This document shows, piece by piece, positions 45,817-54,226 of a stretch of DNA of 64,000 nt. The translations under genes and the position numbers were made by a program. How positions within the stretch are numbered: the stretch's first letter is position 1; every line of letters starts with the position of its first letter. Under the pieces are notes generated by a model that worked only from the letters and a program-made list of their open reading frames with translations, made no database searches and was not told the origin of the DNA. Source of the DNA: Candidatus Fimenecus sp. (lineage in GTDB: Bacteria; Bacillota; Clostridia; Oscillospirales; Acutalibacteraceae); the NCBI GenBank assembly GCA_045594645.1, contig JAZNYY010000043.1:3562-67561 (forward strand), read 5' to 3'.

Positions 45817-47517
45817 TCAATTCTGTCCATACAATGCAGTGACAATTGTATCCTTGATAACAGTCATTCCGGCTTTATTTGGGTGCGAGCCACTTTGCTC
45901 AACATCATTAGCTTCTAAATAACGAATTGGAATATACAGCAACCCATAATGTTCACAAATGGTTGATATCATATTTTTTATATTGTTGTAACAATTATAT
46001 GCCGACACGCAAACAATTTGAGCATGTGGGTTATATGTCAATAAATAATCAATAAGATAACAATATGCCGGCGCAAACGATTGCAAATCTTCTTCTGTCC
46101 ACTCAGAATATTTAGGCTCACCAATATCAACTGAGGCATTATAATCATTGACTCCGCCGAATATAAAAATCAAATCGGGCTTTATTCCAACGGCATTACC
46201 TTCTCCAAGATGTACTTTTGCACGATTTACAAACGATGTCGCGTCACCCCTCGGTGCATTTGGGCTATTGCAAACACAAGAGCCACTATAGCTCTCATTG
46301 CAAAGCAGTGAAAGTTGCTTTTCTTTGGAAAATTGCCACCACCATGTATCTTTTACGGACTCTACATCATTTGATTTACTTTGAGTTTCACTGTTCCCAT
46401 ACCAAGTCGCATTGTTTTCAGGCAACCAGCCCTCATAAGTTGAAAATGAGTCACCGATTACGGCAAAAGAAGAAATAACCTTTCTGCTTTTTATCTCGGA
46501 TATATTCTCTTTTATCTCGGTGATTTCTTTGTCTTGCAAGTCTGCACGGGGAGTTCTGACTGTGAATTCTCCACCGTAAGAGTTACCCCAATCAAAACCT
46601 GTGAATGTCGCTTCCATTCCCGCACCGGAATTGGCGATTATCTGTCTTAAATATCTCGCTTTTACAACTGCGTTGTCATACTTACATTGCATAACACGAT
46701 TTGTTGTGTCCGTAGTATAGAAAACCAAGCCTACTGTATTGCTCAATTCTCTATTAATTGGAATAGGCTCACCACAATTAAGTGTGCCGTCTTTCAAATA
46801 TGTTATTGTTGGAAATACACCCTCTGCAACTGCTGTATCAAGAGAAATTATCGCATAATAGAATGTGTCATCCTCGATTTGAAATTTTGGTGTAAATGTT
46901 CCAATATAGGTTGGCTCATCAAAAAACAATGCTGTTTTCGCATAAGCCAAGTCATACCGATATTCTTCATTAGACTTATTCTCAAACATAAAAGTTGCAT
47001 CGTAAAACTCGGCAGGCATCTCACCCTTTTCTCCTTGTATTCCTTGCTCTCCTTTATCTCCCTTGTCACCTTTATCCCCCTTGAATGTGCCAAGTCGGAT
47101 TGCTTCAAGCAAGGCATTGATTGAAAAATCATTGACTTTACAAAGTGTATTGTCAGTGTCGGGTGAGTAATCAAAAGTAAGACAAAACTTTCGGGGTTTG
47201 ATTATCTGAATAGTGTTGCCGTCTGCATCAATTGCTACAATATTAAAATAACATTCAGTTCCTTTAAGAGAACTCATTGAAACAGGAATTGCGTATGTGA
47301 TAGTATTATCTGCCGTATTCAGTTCAAGATATTCTGTTCGCACCTTATTGCCCATAAGTGAACGGTATTCAATATAATAACGATAATCGCCCAGATAAGC
47401 CTCGTCAATTTTAAATTTCAACACTGTTGCGTTGTGTTCCCACATTACCCCCGCGTTTTCAACATATTCCGTATTGTTATCGGGGGTTATATCAATAGAA
47501 ATAATTTTATTCTCCAT
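45817..47517 (-). CDS. Phage tail-fibre/baseplate-like protein: N-terminal beta domain + collagen triplets + C-terminal SGNH/GDSL esterase
   Basis: GDKGDKGDKGEQGIQGEKGE supplies the Gly-X-Y repeats. SGNH blocks are present: I AVIGDSFSTYEGW, III FIFGGVNDYN, V GSHPNKAGM. The N-terminus has no hydrophobic leader. The BppU-like assignment of the N-terminal domain is tentative. Confidence 0.7.
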   Translation of the reverse strand: MENKIISIDITPDNNTEYVENAGVMWEHNATVLKFKIDEAYLGDYRYYIEYRSLMGNKVRTEYLELNTADNTITYAIPVSMSSLKGTECYFNIVAIDADGNTIQIIKPRKFCLTFDYSPDTDNTLCKVNDFSINALLEAIRLGTFKGDKGDKGDKGEQGIQGEKGEMPAEFYDATFMFENKSNEEYRYDLAYAKTALFFDEPTYIGTFTPKFQIEDDTFYYAIISLDTAVAEGVFPTITYLKDGTLNCGEPIPINRELSNTVGLVFYTTDTTNRVMQCKYDNAVVKARYLRQIIANSGAGMEATFTGFDWGNSYGGEFTVRTPRADLQDKEITEIKENISEIKSRKVISSFAVIGDSFSTYEGWLPENNATWYGNSETQSKSNDVESVKDTWWWQFSKEKQLSLLCNESYSGSCVCNSPNAPRGDATSFVNRAKVHLGEGNAVGIKPDLIFIFGGVNDYNASVDIGEPKYSEWTEEDLQSFAPAYCYLIDYLLTYNPHAQIVCVSAYNCYNNIKNMISTICEHYGLLYIPIRYLEANDVEQSGSHPNKAGMTVIKDTIVTALYGQN

Positions 47518-47761
47518 ACTTTTCTCCTTTATAATAGGTTTTTAAAAGCGATGCGGTTTGTTTAAGCTCCCGTTTGATTTCGTAGAACTTACGAAGCTCC
47601 CCTTCAAGCTTGATAACCGCATCTGTGTCCCCCGAGTTTTTAGCCTTTTTGATTGAATTTTTGCAGTTGTTGATAAACAAATCCTGCAATTCAGCGTGAG
47701 ACTCATATTCTTTTCCCAAATCAAAAAGAGACATATTTTTAGTTTTTGAATTTTCTGACAT
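47507..47761 (-). CDS. Hypothetical small helical protein (phage-island)
   Basis: 84 aa, predicted all-helical and charged. It overlaps both neighbouring genes, which suggests coupling. No family was recognised. Confidence 0.45.
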   Translation of the reverse strand: MSENSKTKNMSLFDLGKEYESHAELQDLFINNCKNSIKKAKNSGDTDAVIKLEGELRKFYEIKRELKQTASLLKTYYKGEKYGE

Positions 47762-48128
47762 ATTCCAGTAATTCCTCCGTTGATTGTGGAAGCAAAATTT
47801 TATCGTACATCAAAACATATTTCAGTGCCATTTCGAGTTTCTTGCGAATATTTTCAAGATTTCTGTAAATGCTTATGTGCGACACATCATATTTTTTTGC
47901 CAGCTCCCTTAACGGAACTTCATTGTACCAATGTGCCGTTGCAAGATTGCGTTCATATTCCGTGAGTTCATTCTGCATCACACTTTTGACGATTTCAATC
48001 AGTTTTTTCTGTCTGTTGTAAATAAGATATTTTGTTCCGTCTTTGACTTGCCCGCCCGACAAGTCAACATAGTCAGTAAGAAAATCAAATTCCTCAACTG
48101 AAAATTCAGATACCTGAACATTCTGCAT
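47739..48128 (-). CDS. Sigma-70 region-4-like / ArpU-Xpf-type phage late-gene transcription factor
   Basis: 129 aa. LTEYERNLATAHWYNEVPLRELAKKYDVSHISIYRNLENIRKKL resembles a sigma region 4.2 HTH. Confidence 0.6.
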   Translation of the reverse strand: MQNVQVSEFSVEEFDFLTDYVDLSGGQVKDGTKYLIYNRQKKLIEIVKSVMQNELTEYERNLATAHWYNEVPLRELAKKYDVSHISIYRNLENIRKKLEMALKYVLMYDKILLPQSTEELLEYVRKFKN

Positions 48129-48172
48129 AGTATAAATCCGCCCCTTTCAAAAATCTTGTTCATCAAAAAAAT

Positions 48173-48200
48173 AAAACGCAGATGAAAAATCGTGCGTTTT
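48173..48200 (-). promoter_or_regulatory. Leader hairpin + U-tract (possible attenuator) between promoter and sigma-like gene
   Basis: The minus strand reads aaaacgca-cgatttttcatc-tgcgtttt followed by ATTTTTTTG. Confidence 0.45.
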
Positions 48201-48212
48201 CAAATTATTTAT

Positions 48213-48226
48213 CGAACATTTGTTCG
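48213..48226. promoter_or_regulatory. LexA operator (Cheo box) CGAAC-N4-GTTCG
   Basis: The sequence cgaacatttgttcg has perfect arms. It lies 13 nt downstream of the -10 hexamer. Confidence 0.7.
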
Positions 48227-48239
48227 CCTCGCATTTATT

Positions 48240-48268
48240 ATTGTAGCAACATATTTTAATGTTGTCAA
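48240..48268 (-). promoter_or_regulatory. Consensus-like sigma-A promoter of the island operon (TTGACA-17-TACAAT)
   Basis: On the minus strand the -35 is at 48268-48263 and the -10 at 48245-48240. Confidence 0.7.
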
Positions 48269-48342
48269 GAAAAAAGTAAAATTATCTATATACTAAAAGA
48301 AAAAATAATTACTGATAAGATTGTAAAATCGCAGTCAGTATA

Positions 48343-48373
48343 TAAAAAAACGGAAGCCCTTTCGGACTTCCGT
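48343..48373 (-). terminator. Intrinsic terminator after the surface-protein gene
   Basis: The minus strand reads acggaagtcc-gaaag-ggcttccgt followed by TTTTTTT. Confidence 0.7.
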
Positions 48374-48405
48374 CAAAATATCAATTATGAAATTATGTAA
48401 AAGAA

Positions 48406-49206
48406 TTATTCAGCGTCTTCGCTCTTTTTTCTTGTCATAACAAGTGCTGCACCTGCTGCAAGAGCTACTGCTGCAACTGCAAATACTGTTGTATCGCCTG
48501 TGTCGGGAATTGTTGAACCTTCACCGTCAGTGCCCCATGGGTCTTCTTCGTCCCAAAGGTTATCTTCCTCTCCGGGGTCTGTGGGGTCACTTGGAGTAGG
48601 GTCATCACTTGGGAAAAGGCTACCGATAATACCGCCAAGGATACCGAGAATTGTATCAAGCAATCCGCCGATATCAAAGCCACCGCCTGCATTACCCTCG
48701 TCTTCTTCGGGAAGCTGACCGTCTTCAATGCTGCCGTCGGGCTTACCAACATAACCGTCAGAGTTAAGGTCTGTTGAAAGAAGCTCTTCAACGCCCCAAA
48801 CAATCTGGTTAACAACATCGCCGCCAACTGTCTTTGCAGCCTCTGGGAATGCTGATGTAAATGTATCCATATCAATTTCATTGTTTGTTACATTACCTGC
48901 AATTTCAGGCACAACAGTAATAACTGCTGTGGGGTTTGTTGCAGCTTCACCGAGAATAACTACATAATATGCAGTCCAACCCTCAACATCTGTGGGGTCA
49001 GCAGGCTTTGAACCATCGGGCTCACTGCTTTCGTCTTCATTAACATCGTCGCCCTCAACAACATCACCTTCGGTAATATCGCCACCAGCTAAAGTATCAT
49101 CAATTACTGTATCGCCACTTCCAACTGTTTCGTCTGCTGCGAAGCCGACAACTGTCATGCTGAGAATCATTGCAAGAGAAAGAACAACTGCAAGAATCTT
49201 TTTCAT
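48406..49206 (-). CDS. Acidic secreted protein with LPXTG-like (IPDTG) cell-wall sorting signal
   Basis: The signal peptide is MKKILAVVLSLAMILSMTVVGFA. The protein is D/E/G-rich. Its C-terminus is IPDTGD, a hydrophobic helix, then RKKSEDAE. Confidence 0.65.
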   Translation of the reverse strand: MKKILAVVLSLAMILSMTVVGFAADETVGSGDTVIDDTLAGGDITEGDVVEGDDVNEDESSEPDGSKPADPTDVEGWTAYYVVILGEAATNPTAVITVVPEIAGNVTNNEIDMDTFTSAFPEAAKTVGGDVVNQIVWGVEELLSTDLNSDGYVGKPDGSIEDGQLPEEDEGNAGGGFDIGGLLDTILGILGGIIGSLFPSDDPTPSDPTDPGEEDNLWDEEDPWGTDGEGSTIPDTGDTTVFAVAAVALAAGAALVMTRKKSEDAE

Positions 49207-49353
49207 AATAATCATTTCCTTTCGTTATAAGTAGAAAAAATTAGAATATTCCACTTCTATTCTCGCCCATTATACAACAATAGCCAAAAAAAGTCAACTG
49301 CGTTTTAAAATTTTTTTGTGTATATTGCAGATAATATACATGGAGGTGAATTT

Positions 49354-49542
49354 ATGTTTTTTAAAAAGAGAAATTCCGAAGAAAAAGCCGCCCGCACAAG
49401 ACGAAAGCTACGCAAAATGAACGAAGAAATCAGCGAAATCTGGAACGGTGAAGAAAACGCAAAGCAATTTGATGCAAACGGTTGGTACACGGGCAATCCA
49501 AAGGGGTTTGAAGTGCCCGAGCAAGACCCTGATGACCTATAA
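49354..49542 (+). CDS. Hypothetical small protein
   Basis: 62 aa starting at the ATG after the RBS GGAGGTG. It is charged and has no recognised family. Confidence 0.35.
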   Translation: MFFKKRNSEEKAARTRRKLRKMNEEISEIWNGEENAKQFDANGWYTGNPKGFEVPEQDPDDL

Positions 49543-49606
49543 AGTGCAAAATTATAAACAAAAGACGCTTTTTTATATATTATTGTATATAATTTTAAGA
49601 AAATAC

Positions 49607-49635
49607 TTGATTTTATATTAATTGTATGCTATTAT
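49607..49635 (+). promoter_or_regulatory. Putative sigma-A promoter of the rimP-nusA-infB operon (TTGATT-17-TATTAT)
   Basis: The -35 is at 49607-49612 and the -10 at 49630-49635. It lies about 110 nt upstream of rimP. Confidence 0.5.
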
Positions 49636-49743
49636 TCTTTATGGTAAGAATATTCGTTTTGTCAAGAGAGTGGGGCGACCCGCTCTCTTGAGTTTATAAG
49701 GACATTTTTATTATTACAATTTAATATTTTACAGGAGGTTTTT

Positions 49744-50223
49744 ATGAAGAAAAACACCGCCGCAGTTGTGTGGGATATCGCAAAGCCCATTGCAGACGAA
49801 TTAGGTCTTATTCTTTGGGATGTTAAGTTCTTAAAAGAGGGCACACGCTGGTATCTTCGCATTACTATTGACAAAGAAGATGGCGTCGGCATTGACGATT
49901 GTGTAGCAATGCACCACGCTATTGACAAGCCCTTGGACGAAGCGGACCCCATTGAGCAGGCATACAACCTGCAGGTTCAGTCACCGGGTATCGAAAGAGA
50001 ATTATGCCGTGATTTTCATTATGAGGCATATCTCGGCGAAAAAATTCAAATCAGACTTATCAAAGCATTCGAGGGTCAGCGTGAATACAAGGGTATTCTC
50101 ACAGACTACGACAAAGAAGGCGTAACTATCGCTCTGAATGATGAAACAGAGCTTAATGTTAAATATAAAGAAGCGTCTTGGATAAAGGCGGACGATTTTG
50201 GAGGTTTTACGGAAAATGAATAA
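49744..50223 (+). CDS. rimP: Ribosome maturation factor RimP
   Basis: 159 aa. Its position directly upstream of nusA and the core LRITIDKEDGVGIDDC / QVQSPGIEREL match RimP. Confidence 0.9.
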   Translation: MKKNTAAVVWDIAKPIADELGLILWDVKFLKEGTRWYLRITIDKEDGVGIDDCVAMHHAIDKPLDEADPIEQAYNLQVQSPGIERELCRDFHYEAYLGEKIQIRLIKAFEGQREYKGILTDYDKEGVTIALNDETELNVKYKEASWIKADDFGGFTENE

Positions 50224-51265
50224 AGAATTTTTTGAAGCAGTTGCGCTGATGGAAAAAGAAAAAGGTATTCAAGCTGAATATCTTTATGACAAAATCAGCG
50301 AAGCAATTATTAAGGCAGTAAGAAAAGACTATAATAATAAGGATGTTGTTGCCTGCGAAATCAACGCAGAAAAACAGACAATGCGTGTTTATCTTCACCT
50401 TAATATTGTTGATGAGATTACAGACTGGGATGAGGACATTCTTCTCATCGACGCACAGGAATACCGCCCCGACGCAAAGGTTGGCGAAACACTTGAAATC
50501 GACCTTGACACAATGAAGTTTGGCAGAATTGCCGCACAGACAGCAAAGCATGTTATCCGTCAGGGCATTAAAGATGCAGAGCGTGGTCAGGTAATTCGCG
50601 ACTTCCAGTCAAAGACACAGGACTTAGTTACTGCAAAGGTTAGCAGAATTGACCCCATCAATGGTAATGTTACTCTTGAAATCGGCAAGGGCACTGCAGT
50701 TCTTCCCAAAGGTGAGCAGGTTCCCGGCGAAACATTCACAGAGGGCGAGCTTACAAAGGTTTACATCAGCGATGTTAAAGAAACCGAAAAAGGCCCCCGC
50801 ATTATGATTTCAAGAACTCATTCAGGTCTTGTTAAGAGACTTTTCGAGCAGGAAGTTCCCGAAATTTATGACGGTATTGTTTCAATTCATTCAGTATCCC
50901 GCGAGGCAGGTATCCGCACAAAGATGGCTGTAAGCTCAAAGGATGCAGATGTTGACCCAATCGGTGCTTGTATCGGTCAGCGCGGTGCTCGTGTTAACAA
51001 CATTGTTGAGACTCTCGGCGGTGAAAAAATTGACATTGTTAAATACAGCGAAGACCCCGCAGAGTTCATTGCCGCATCACTCGCTCCCGCAAATGTATTA
51101 GAAGTTGAAATTATAGATGCAGACGCAAAGTCTTGTCAGGTTACAGTTCCCGACCATCAGCTTTCTCTTGCAATCGGCAACAAGGGCTTAAACGCAAAGC
51201 TTGCCGCAAAGCTTACAGGCTGGAAAATCGACATCAAGCCCGAAAGTGGCTTCTATGAGGGCTAA
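50216..51265 (+). CDS. nusA: Transcription termination/antitermination factor NusA
   Basis: The N-terminus is MNKEFFEAVALMEKEKGI. An S1 domain and two KH domains (ACIGQRGARV, LAIGNKGLNAKLA) are present. Confidence 0.95.
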   Translation: MNKEFFEAVALMEKEKGIQAEYLYDKISEAIIKAVRKDYNNKDVVACEINAEKQTMRVYLHLNIVDEITDWDEDILLIDAQEYRPDAKVGETLEIDLDTMKFGRIAAQTAKHVIRQGIKDAERGQVIRDFQSKTQDLVTAKVSRIDPINGNVTLEIGKGTAVLPKGEQVPGETFTEGELTKVYISDVKETEKGPRIMISRTHSGLVKRLFEQEVPEIYDGIVSIHSVSREAGIRTKMAVSSKDADVDPIGACIGQRGARVNNIVETLGGEKIDIVKYSEDPAEFIAASLAPANVLEVEIIDADAKSCQVTVPDHQLSLAIGNKGLNAKLAAKLTGWKIDIKPESGFYEG

Positions 51266-51292
51266 TTCAAAAATACTTAGAGGTGAAAAGGT

Positions 51293-51556
51293 TTGAAACA
51301 GAAGAAAATTCCTATGCGACGCTGTTGCGGTTGCAACGAACAAAAGCCGAAAAAAGAGCTGATAAGAGTTGTCCGCAGTGCTGAGGGCGAAATAAGCCTT
51401 GACCTTACAGGAAAAGCTTCGGGCAGGGGCGCATATATCTGTAACAGCCTTGAGTGTCTCAAAAAAGCCAGAAAATCCAAGAGAATCGACCGCACCTTTG
51501 AAGTAACGATTCCCGACGGGATTTACGACAAAATGGAGGAAGAAATCAGTAAATGA
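51293..51556 (+). CDS. ylxR: YlxR/RnpM family (DUF448) RNA-binding protein
   Basis: The motifs RRCCGCNEQKPKKELIRVV and GRGAYIC are present. A TTG start follows the RBS GAGGTGA; an alternative ATG is at 51314. Confidence 0.85.
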   Translation: MKQKKIPMRRCCGCNEQKPKKELIRVVRSAEGEISLDLTGKASGRGAYICNSLECLKKARKSKRIDRTFEVTIPDGIYDKMEEEISK

Positions 51557-51870
51557 TGACAGATAATTTAAAAGGCATTTTAGGTCTTTGTCGTAGGGCA
51601 GGTAAAATGTCAATCGGCCACGACGCCGTAGTTTCTTCCATAAAAAAACGCAAAGCATTTTTAAGTATCACCTGTTGTGACTCGTCAAAGAGGCTCAAAA
51701 AAGAAATCGCAGACGAATGTGAATTTGATAATCGCAAAATTCCTTATGTTAACGCAGATTTCAATATGAAGGAATTATCTCTCTGCATAGGCACAAAGGC
51801 AGGCGTTATTTCAATAGATGACCGCGGATTTGCAAATAAGCTTATTACGATTTTAAGTCAAGAGAACTGA
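51553..51870 (+). CDS. ylxQ: L7Ae-family RNA-binding protein YlxQ
   Basis: 105 aa with [17 protein letters not shown]. The gene occupies the conserved position between ylxR and infB. Confidence 0.8.
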   Translation: MMTDNLKGILGLCRRAGKMSIGHDAVVSSIKKRKAFLSITCCDSSKRLKKEIADECEFDNRKIPYVNADFNMKELSLCIGTKAGVISIDDRGFANKLITILSQEN

Positions 51871-51886
51871 AACGGAGGTTATGAAT

Positions 51887-54226
51887 ATGGCGAAAAAATA
51901 TAAAATTCACGAGCTGGCAAAGGATTTTAACATTTCCAGCAAAATCATTATAGAAAAACTTACAGGCAAGTTTGAGGGCGAAAAGAAATCACAAACTACA
52001 CTTGAAGACCGTGAGCTTGATTTCATTTTTGATGTAATCACAAGCGAGAATTCTGTTAAGAGCTTTGATGACTATTTCAATGCAGCTCCCAAAGAAAAGC
52101 CCAAGGCAGAGCCTAAAAAAGAGGCAAAGAAAGAGCAAAAAGGTGCTGACAACAAGAAACAGCAGAACACTCCTGCTCCACAGAAAAATGATAATCAACC
52201 CAAAAAGAAAGAGAAAGACCAGAACAAGCCCATGCAGGCTCGTACAAAGGGCGAAATGCGTCACATTGACACAAGAGCAAACTCTTTCGATGCTGAAAAA
52301 TACAATGAAAAATATGAAAACATTGCTCCTGCAAACTCACACCAGAGCGATAATATGGTTAAGAAGCAGAAGCTTAAGCAGAAGAGCCAGCAGTATCGCA
52401 AGCAGGGTATGAGAAGCGGTAAGAAAGAGACAGAGGCAGAACGCTTAAAGAGAATTGCCGCCGAAAGAGCAAAGAAGCCCCCTGTAATCACAGTTGGTGA
52501 CGAAATCACAGTCGGTGAACTCGCATCTCGTCTTAAGATGACAGCGGCTGAGGTTATCAAAAAGCTTTTCGCACTTGGTATGATGGCAACTGTTAACGAG
52601 GTTATCGACTACGATACCGCTGAAATCGTTGCAACAGAACTCGGTGCAAAGGTTAACCGCGAGGTAGTTGTTACTATTGAAGAAAGAATTATCGACGACC
52701 ACGAGGATGACGAGGCAGACCTTATCACTCGCGACCCCGTTGTAGTTGTTATGGGTCATGTTGACCACGGTAAGACTTCACTTCTTGACGCAATCAAGAA
52801 TACAAATGTTACTGCAACAGAGGCAGGCGGTATTACTCAGCACATCGGTGCTTACAGAGTAAACCTTAACGGTCAGTACATCACATTCCTTGACACACCC
52901 GGTCACGCGGCATTCACTTCAATGCGTGCTCGCGGTGCTCAGGCTACTGATGTTGCAATTCTTGTTGTTGCCGCTGACGACGGTATTATGCCACAGACTA
53001 TTGAGGCTATTAACCACGCAAAAGCCGCCGAGGTTGACATTATTGTTGCAATCAACAAAATGGATAAGCCCGGCACAACAGTTGATAAAATTATGCAGCA
53101 GCTCACAGAGCACGGTCTTGTTCCTGAAGAATGGGGCGGTGACATTATCTGTGTTCCTGTTTCTGCAAAGACACATATGAATATTGACAAGCTTCTTGAA
53201 AATGTACTTCTCACCGCTGAAATGCGTGAGCTTAAGGCTAACCCCAACCGTGCGGCAAAGGGTATCGTTATTGAAGCTCGTCTTGACAAGGGCAAGGGTC
53301 CCGTTGCAACTCTTCTTGTTCAAAACGGTACACTCCACGCAGGCGACATCGTTGTTGCAGGTACTGCAGTTGGTAGAGTTCGTGTTATGCTTGACGACAA
53401 GGGCCGCAAGCTTAAGGAGGCAGGTCCTTCAGTTCCCGTTGAGATTATGGGTCTTGACGAAGTTCCGCAGTCAGGCGATGTGTTCAACGCAGTTTCTGAC
53501 GAAAAGCTTGCTCGTGAGCTTGTTGAACAGAGAAAGCAAGAGCAGAAGGAAGAACAGTTCAAGCAGTTCCAGAAGGTTACTCTTGACAACCTGTTCTCAT
53601 CAATCAACGCAGGTAAGATTAAAACACTCAACATCATCGTTAAGGCTGATGTTCAGGGCTCAGTTGAAGCAGTTAAGCAGAACCTTGAGAAGCTTTCAAA
53701 CGAAGAGGTTGCAGTTAAGGTTATTCACGGCGGTGTTGGTGCAGTTAGCGAATCAGATATTATGCTTGCAAACGCATCAAACGCAATTATTGTAGGCTTC
53801 AATGTTCGTCCCGACCCAGTTGCTACTGAAATGGCAGAGCGTGACGGCGTTGATATGAGAATGTACCGCATTATCTATGACTGTATCGAAGAAATTGAAG
53901 ATGCTATGAAGGGTATGCTCGCACCTAAATTCCGTGAGGTTATGCTCGGTCGTATTGAAGTTCGTAATGTATTCAAGCTTTCTTCTGCAGGCACAATTGC
54001 TGGTAGCTATGTGCAGAACGGTAAGGTTACAAGAAATGCACAAATCCGCGTTGTTCGTGACGGTATTGTTATTGCTGAGGATTCAATTTCATCACTTAAG
54101 AGATTTAAGGATGATGTCAAAGAAGTTGCTTCAGGCTATGAATGTGGTATTGGTCTTAATAAATTCAACGATGTTAAAGAGGGCGATATTTTTGAAGCCT
54201 TCATTATGGAGGAATACAGAGACTAA
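51887..54226 (+). CDS. infB: Translation initiation factor IF-2
   Basis: The G-domain motifs [19 protein letters not shown] and NKMD are present, with a basic low-complexity N-terminus. ATG 51887 is better spaced from the GGAGG than 51881. Confidence 0.95.
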   Translation: MAKKYKIHELAKDFNISSKIIIEKLTGKFEGEKKSQTTLEDRELDFIFDVITSENSVKSFDDYFNAAPKEKPKAEPKKEAKKEQKGADNKKQQNTPAPQKNDNQPKKKEKDQNKPMQARTKGEMRHIDTRANSFDAEKYNEKYENIAPANSHQSDNMVKKQKLKQKSQQYRKQGMRSGKKETEAERLKRIAAERAKKPPVITVGDEITVGELASRLKMTAAEVIKKLFALGMMATVNEVIDYDTAEIVATELGAKVNREVVVTIEERIIDDHEDDEADLITRDPVVVVMGHVDHGKTSLLDAIKNTNVTATEAGGITQHIGAYRVNLNGQYITFLDTPGHAAFTSMRARGAQATDVAILVVAADDGIMPQTIEAINHAKAAEVDIIVAINKMDKPGTTVDKIMQQLTEHGLVPEEWGGDIICVPVSAKTHMNIDKLLENVLLTAEMRELKANPNRAAKGIVIEARLDKGKGPVATLLVQNGTLHAGDIVVAGTAVGRVRVMLDDKGRKLKEAGPSVPVEIMGLDEVPQSGDVFNAVSDEKLARELVEQRKQEQKEEQFKQFQKVTLDNLFSSINAGKIKTLNIIVKADVQGSVEAVKQNLEKLSNEEVAVKVIHGGVGAVSESDIMLANASNAIIVGFNVRPDPVATEMAERDGVDMRMYRIIYDCIEEIEDAMKGMLAPKFREVMLGRIEVRNVFKLSSAGTIAGSYVQNGKVTRNAQIRVVRDGIVIAEDSISSLKRFKDDVKEVASGYECGIGLNKFNDVKEGDIFEAFIMEEYRD

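Larger units (their letters stand above)
43554..48270 (-). mobile_element. Phage-derived island lacking integrase and all head/tail-tube genes (PBSX-like regulatory + fibre + lysis module)
   Basis: The block contains only phage-type genes (XRE switch, sigma-like factor, fibre-like protein, GH25 lysin, XhlA, holin) between hppA and a surface-protein gene. No att repeats could be identified by eye. Confidence 0.7.

Noticed and set aside
47020-47090. Short tandem DNA repeat (ggtgacaag / ggagataaa triplet run).
   Set aside because: It is the coding sequence for the Gly-X-Y collagen-like triplets of the fibre protein, not a non-coding VNTR.
43358-48405. Integrase gene, att direct repeats or a tRNA target flanking the phage-derived island.
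   Set aside because: No recombinase-like ORF and no tRNA were found. I found no convincing direct repeat between the 43.36-43.61 kb and 48.13-48.40 kb flanks by eye. A computational repeat search would be needed to exclude short att sites.
48406-49206. Dockerin-like Ca-binding loop (DLNSDGYVGKPDG) in the acidic surface protein.
   Set aside because: Only one such loop is present, without the duplicated F-hand pair of a dockerin module. The C-terminus instead carries a sortase-type signal.
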